Shown here: positions 58,601 through 64,000 of the stretch, in pieces
Numbering within the stretch: position 1 is the first letter of the stretch
Layout of the letters: every line of letters begins with the position of its first letter
Assembly (NCBI GenBank): GCA_026936335.1
Contig: JAPMXV010000034.1
Span: forward strand, 186,001-250,000
From: Mantamonas sphyraenae STR306
Taxonomy: Eukaryota > Protista > CRuMs
DNA: 64,000 nucleotides
Direction of reading: 5' to 3'
The notes under the pieces: generated by a model
What the model was told of the DNA's origin: nothing
Seen by the model: the letters and a program-made list of their open reading frames with translations, nothing else
Database searches by the model: none
Translations under genes and position numbers: made by a program

Positions 58601-61230
58601 GTCGAAATGGAAAAATCTCTGCGCCAAATCATTCCACAGACAATCAAACACTCCGTTGCCCATCTTGCCACGTGCCCTCCCCCGCTTCTTGCTCACTCTC
58701 AAGTAACCAACCCCGTGGGCCGACTCGTTGGTCACATCGACCATGGCACGAAAGTCCGCCCCGGCGACTCGAAAGAAGTGTTGCAGCTCCTTTCGCACGT
58801 CTTCGCCGTCCTGCACGTTGAACGCAGACAGGTCATCCTTCCCAGTGGCTGCCTCACCATGACACGTGGCTTGTTGTCCACTCAACAGCTTGCGCGAGCT
58901 CTTCATCGCCACATTTGACTTCTTGCTGCGGCTCATCCCTTCACTCATGTCGGCACGCATCTGCCGCGCATCCACGCGCAAATAAACCGAATGCAGGTCG
59001 TCGTCAACGTCAGCTTGCACGTGCGCAGCAACACAGATGCCGTCCTGGTACACCATGAAGAGGCCAGATTCGTGAATGATGCGCCGGGTGATGAGCAGCT
59101 CCCCGAAAGCGGTGAGACTGTCCACCGCGCTTCCCACGTACCCATTGCGCACTTGCCTTCGATGCCACCTGTACCATACCCACCGGTACGTGGCCTTCTT
59201 CGACAACAGGAGCTTCTTGAACGGATCGGCACCCCGTGATCGACTTTCACGCCTCCTCGCAGCAGATACACCTGCCTCATCCGTCCCAAACACCTCTTGC
59301 AGGCTGCATTCCACGTACTTGGAGACGGAATGCAGGTGGTGCTCTAAATGAGCAACGTCCTCTGGCTCCAGCGCGTCAAACGCAGGCCCGATCTTGGACG
59401 TGGTTTTGGTCGTGGCCGCGGCAGCTTCCACCAGTGACTCCAAGCCATCCACAACCTTGGGCGTGAACTGGACCTCCGATTCTGGCCAATGTTTGGGTGC
59501 TTCGTGCCCCCTGGCCAGCAGGAGCAGGCGTTCTCCCGTGTACGATTCTCGGCACCCCACAACGGAAAGCACGGCGTGGCTGTAGCGGCTCAGGCACAGA
59601 GTACCATCCGGAGTAGGCGTGTGATCGTTCCAATCCATCACAGTTGCCGCGCAAGCAAGGGCGTGACGTGTGGCCTGAGAGGTAAGCACGGCCGATCCGT
59701 CGATCCTGAAGAAGATCTTCGACACGGGCAGGTCGGAGAGGGATCGCACGTGGTCCGAATCCACGCCGACATCAGCCAGGACTGCCTCGCCCTGGTATAC
59801 CTTGTGCAGGACCCGCTGCATCGCCCACAGCTGCTGCTCGGCTTCCACCCCACCGTGGTGTTCCCCAGGACGGACAAACAGGACACCACCCCCGTCTCTC
59901 ACCTCCTCCACCACGTCCGGAATACACTCCAGCGTGTCTTCTTTCACCTTGGCAGCCCCACAGGAGGAGAACTGAACGTGAGGACCCAGATCAAGGGCGG
60001 GAAATCTTTGTGCAAAGCTTGTTGCGAAGTGGGCATACAATGCATGGTTCTTGCCATTGGCTATGGAAGTGTCGTGCTCTGGGTTGCGTATGATGCGTTT
60101 CAGAAGCTCATCCGCGTGCCCTGCGTCCTTGGGGTGGCACAAACCGTCGAGTAGTTTGTCCGTCTCCGAGTACTGCTCGGTAGCAACAACAAGGATGCAG
60201 AACTCGAACGTGCGTCGAAACGCTGCCAAGATTGCTTCAATGGCCTTGCACAGATCCTCTACCCACTGCCGCAGCAGCTGCGTCCGTGTCTCCTCCGTTT
60301 TGCCGACGAGGCGAGGCGGGTAGTAAACGCGTCCATCTGATAGTATGTGAGTGTGTTGAGCAACGTTAGTTTGTCACACGTGCACTTACACAGGCAGGAC
60401 AGATCCAGATGCAGAAAGATGCTGTCGAGCGACTTGGGAAACAGCACCTGTACGAACGGGTCTTTGCCAACGAATGCAGCACCAGCAGCGAGTTTGTCCA
60501 CATAGCACAGATCCTGGGAAAGGCCCTCAGGACGCAGTAGGATGCCACCACAGCCCTGAGCGTAGCCAATGAGCTTGTGCTTCGTTTTGTGTAGGGCTGG
60601 GGCCCCCGCCTTGGTCCCGCGCGGCAGCATCTCAACCACAATCTCGTTGTCGTGCTCGCTTGTGTCCACGGATACAACGGTTGGGTAGCTCAATGCTGTT
60701 GCCTGCAGCTTCCCCAGAGCACTGGCCTGCTGCTGTTTGCCATGGAACGCAGCAGTTTGCGTTTGCGTTTGACCGTTTGCTTCTTTGTCCTCACTGTCCA
60801 GCATATGATAGACACACAGCCTATCCAAGCTGTCTGCGAGTTCGTTCAGGTACTTGACAATGTCATGGTACTCGTCTTTCGTGTACCGGTCGTGTACGTC
60901 TGTAGCCAGTCCACGGAGAAGCTGGACATGCGCCGCAGTGACGGTAGAGGACGGGTTCCCGTCTTTCGCCTTCAGCGTCTGAAAAGCATCATGGACAGGC
61001 TTCACAAGTTTCACCAACTCCTCTTCGGACATAAACACGGCGAGCAGCTTCAGCTGCTCCAGCTGCTCACAGATCACCTTGACCCTTCGCTTTCGCAAAC
61101 GTCCCTTTCCACGTCGTCGACGTGGTCTTCCCTGTCTCGAGGAAGGAGCCGAGGAAGATGAGTGAGAAGATTCAAAGGCCGAAGAGGACGCTGAGGAGGA
61201 CGAAGAGCAAGATACGTCGACAATGTCCAT
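55610..61230 (-). CDS. Giant PIN(FEN1/XPG-like)-Fanzor1 fusion protein B, about 1855 aa, 2 exons (61230-60390, 60336-55610)
   Basis: A 53-nt GTAAGT...ACTAAC...CAG intron at 60337-60389 joins the 323-aa and 1539-aa ORFs in frame. PIN-like motifs FLHLDLSCLY, GVEAEQQL, GVDSDHV, DWNDH. RuvC-I VADTG (56294), VMGN, QSEHRTTKCCSNC (55910), SCAC, DRDVSACENI (55715)...RPPAL; basic NLS-like tracts. Confidence 0.8.
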
Positions 61231-61739
61231 CTTGTGTTCGTTTTGTTGCGAGACGCAGCGCTTTTTTGCCCCTTTTTGCTCTGAGCGGCGTCATCAGTTG
61301 CAGCAGCTGCAGGGGAGGTACCGGGTGTGAACCGAAGAGCGAGCGATCCATTCGATTTGGCTAGGCTCCCACTTCGATCTGCAAACCTGTGCTTGCCAGA
61401 GGAACCAAACCAACTCTGCAAGCGCTACGTCGCCACACAAGCGTCCGCACTGATGCTGATGGTGAGAATGGATGACATAGACGCGCATTTCATGGTTTCC
61501 ATCACGGCAGGTATCCAGATAGGGATTGCAAGGGGCTACAACTCCTTTCGACGTTCTACATTGGGAGGAGCAACTTGGATGAGGAAAGCACCCCAGTGCA
61601 AGCACAGAATGGAACAATACAATTGGACGAGGTGTGATTTCGACACACAGTCCTTCATTGCCCGCGCCCGACGTGAAAAAAAAAAGAGTCGCTCATTTGA
61701 AATACCCAGTACCCTCAGCACCAATGCCTAAACGGGGCA

Positions 61740-62528
61740 GTGGGTGCCTGGATCCCATCCACACCCACCCACCAACCTGCCATGGTGTTCATGTCATGCC
61801 ATGCCGGGCTGCATGTGGACTTGGTGTCACCAGGCAACATCACACGCGAGGTGCCGACACAGAAACTGGCAGCTGGGCTCAAAACAAGTGAAAGAGGGTG
61901 TGAGTACGACTTGTCTGCTGTCGGTGTATTGGGAGACTACTTGGTGACTCCCAAAGTTGCCTTGTCTCTGTTGGATGGAAGTCTGCGCTGGGTGTCGTCC
62001 ACCTCCATTCTCGCAGGCGTCTACAGTGCCAAGTGGATTGCACGCAGCTACACGCTGACCCCTTTGCCCGAGTGGATGTACAACCAGCAAGCAGACGATT
62101 TGACACTGGACGTGGTGGTCGATCGCAAGCCCATGCAGTGGCCGCGTGTCACCGTGAACGTGGTGAGCCCGGGCTCGTCGCTGTCTGTGGACGACCTCAG
62201 CATCACCGTGGACGGGGTGGCGCCTCGGATTGAATGCACACGGGCCACGCGATGTTCAGCGTCGCTGACTGTGTACGAAACCCGCACGTGTGTGGTGCAA
62301 GCAACGTACAAGGGAGTGCGTTTGGAACACAGTGGCACAGAGGTGGAGGTGCGTGTGCCCACAGCAGCGGTGAGGAGTGGTGACAAACACAATCGCGTTC
62401 TGCACGTGCTGTGCTGCGCCAGATGCCAGCTGATACAACTCTGGCGCAGGCCTCGGCAGCAAACAAGCTCGGGACGCAGGGTGTGTGGTCACAGACGGTG
62501 GTCCAACGAGGGTGGTGATTGCCAGTGA
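61740..62528 (+). CDS. Hypothetical protein with a beta-rich (Ig-like) segment, possibly spliced or degenerate
   Basis: 262-aa ORF with alternating beta-strand patterns (VTVNVVSPG...LSITVDG...VQATYKGVRL); possible donor GTGAGG at about 62370. Confidence 0.35.
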   Translation: MGAWIPSTPTHQPAMVFMSCHAGLHVDLVSPGNITREVPTQKLAAGLKTSERGCEYDLSAVGVLGDYLVTPKVALSLLDGSLRWVSSTSILAGVYSAKWIARSYTLTPLPEWMYNQQADDLTLDVVVDRKPMQWPRVTVNVVSPGSSLSVDDLSITVDGVAPRIECTRATRCSASLTVYETRTCVVQATYKGVRLEHSGTEVEVRVPTAAVRSGDKHNRVLHVLCCARCQLIQLWRRPRQQTSSGRRVCGHRRWSNEGGDCQ

Positions 62529-62805
62529 AGCTCGCGTTCCAAGATGCACAGGGCAATGTGCACATCGGCGTTGCCTGCGACCCCCACCTGCAGCAGTGGG
62601 CCTCATCGCAGCAGGCGGCCGTTCACAACAGCCGTAGCTAGTGGTGAGCGGGGCTGTTGTCTGTGGAAGGACCTCGATCGCCGACACCCACCAGCGACCC
62701 ACACACCAGGGAATGGGTGCGACGAGGACGGCCTCCTCTCATCCAGCCCCAGCGTCATCCACCGAACCAACGCACAAAAGCAACAGCATGGACGCCGTTC
62801 ACTGC

Positions 62806-64000
62806 CTACATTGAAAACGCGCTGTACACCCCCCTCAGACTCTCCAGTTCGCTTCCCCACCCCCCTCGATGGGCTGTCTTGCAATATGGCCTGTCAGACA
62901 CAACGATCCCCAGAGACGCCAAAAACTTGGCTCCTCCCTTGCGCACATACCGCGACCAGTCCTTTTCGCCGAACCTGTACCCACACTCCAACAGCACTTG
63001 CAAACGGATCAGCGCATCATCAGAGTAAAACGAATCCGATGACAGCACCTCGCGAGCCAATTCGCTCAAATCCCCCCGTTGTGCATGGCACTCCTGGCGG
63101 ACTCTCTCTACCTTTTCCCACCTCTTCTGCGTTCGCTCACCAAGTTCCCCTCTCACGGCCTCGTACATCCCTCTTGTCACCAACATATATGGGCTGCGGG
63201 ACACCAGTTCCTCCAGGGCGCGCGGATCCTTGTGCAGTTGCACCAGGTTCACCAACATGCGCCTGTCCACCTCGTCGTGGATTTCATGCAGCTTCTCAAG
63301 TGCGCTCGAGCTGTCCAACTCGTATAGATACGCACATGTTTCCATCACAGCCTTTCGACTGGTTCCCACCAACCGCTTCAACTCGGGCATCATTCCTTGG
63401 TCCATGAGCCCACGGACGATGCGCCTCTGCAGCTCTTCACTGTAAAAACGGAAGCCGTCGATTCCAGGCATCATGATGCCCAGTACCTTTACAGGGAACC
63501 CATCGTCCAGCAGCTGCATCCACCTTTCCTCAGTCGCCAGTTCCTTCGACCACCGCCCCGTCTCCAGCTCTTCTGCGTTCACGAGCTTGCCCACCTCCAC
63601 CACATCCTCGTTCTCCAGCCCCTCCATGGCCACTGTCATCACCTCCGAGTCGTTGCAGGGGTCTTTCCTCACGGTTCTGCTCGTCCACTGCCGCACGTAG
63701 TCCACAAACGCCGCAGCCCCATTCTCCCTGCACACACTCACACATCGATTCACTTGCTGTTGCCAGCGTTCTTGCAAGCGATCCCAAATGGCTTCGGCAT
63801 GTGCGTACCGATTCAACTCACAAGGCACCCACAATGCGCTGTCGTCGTCATCGAACTTCTCCTTGGAAAACAGGATTGGCAACAGCCTTTCGTCATGGTC
63901 ACCTTTGTAGCACTCGAGTACGGTCTCGAGCCCCAGATGCGCCGTGTGCTGCTTCACTGCCCACAGCACAGAATTATTGCGTTTCCCCGTTTTGTCAAGG
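62806..64000 (-). CDS. Hypothetical helical protein (5' end probably outside the window)
   Basis: At least 387-aa open frame with globular composition; no recognised motif. Confidence 0.55.
   Translation of the reverse strand, partial: LDKTGKRNNSVLWAVKQHTAHLGLETVLECYKGDHDERLLPILFSKEKFDDDDSALWVPCELNRYAHAEAIWDRLQERWQQQVNRCVSVCRENGAAAFVDYVRQWTSRTVRKDPCNDSEVMTVAMEGLENEDVVEVGKLVNAEELETGRWSKELATEERWMQLLDDGFPVKVLGIMMPGIDGFRFYSEELQRRIVRGLMDQGMMPELKRLVGTSRKAVMETCAYLYELDSSSALEKLHEIHDEVDRRMLVNLVQLHKDPRALEELVSRSPYMLVTRGMYEAVRGELGERTQKRWEKVERVRQECHAQRGDLSELAREVLSSDSFYSDDALIRLQVLLECGYRFGEKDWSRYVRKGGAKFLASLGIVVSDRPYCKTAHRGGWGSELESLRGVYSAFSM

Noticed and set aside
60259-61230. Independent 323-aa gene
   Set aside because: A canonical 53-nt intron joins it in frame to the downstream 1539-aa ORF.

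Overview
GC-rich eukaryotic (protist-like) genomic DNA with spliceosomal introns. Positions 1-26.7 kb are a compact housekeeping block: a Mia40-like CHCH protein, an ankyrin-filamin protein, an FHA-forkhead factor, UPF2, a ThiF/E1-like enzyme, an LRR-ankyrin-kinase plus a truncated paralog, PRMT1 and a class I myosin. Positions 26.7-64 kb are accessory DNA with three TnpB/Fanzor-family loci. The main finding is two highly divergent giant genes, 26760-34743 (+, about 2302 aa) and 55610-61230 (-, about 1855 aa). Once spliced, each fuses an N-terminal FEN1/XPG-type PIN 5'-nuclease domain to a C-terminal Fanzor1-type RuvC/zinc-finger domain with an intact D-E-D triad. Both carry a phase-1 intron at the same codon, both are followed by structured non-coding DNA (candidate omegaRNA), and no transposase is recognisable nearby. 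Between them lies a roughly 13 kb foldback structure (35112-48250). Its inverted arms each contain a 164/173-bp satellite and a tRNA-Val(CAC), and they enclose a frameshifted Fanzor2/TnpB gene. A third partial arm copy carries tRNA-Val(AAC) instead. All domain calls are by eye from motifs; no database searches were run.
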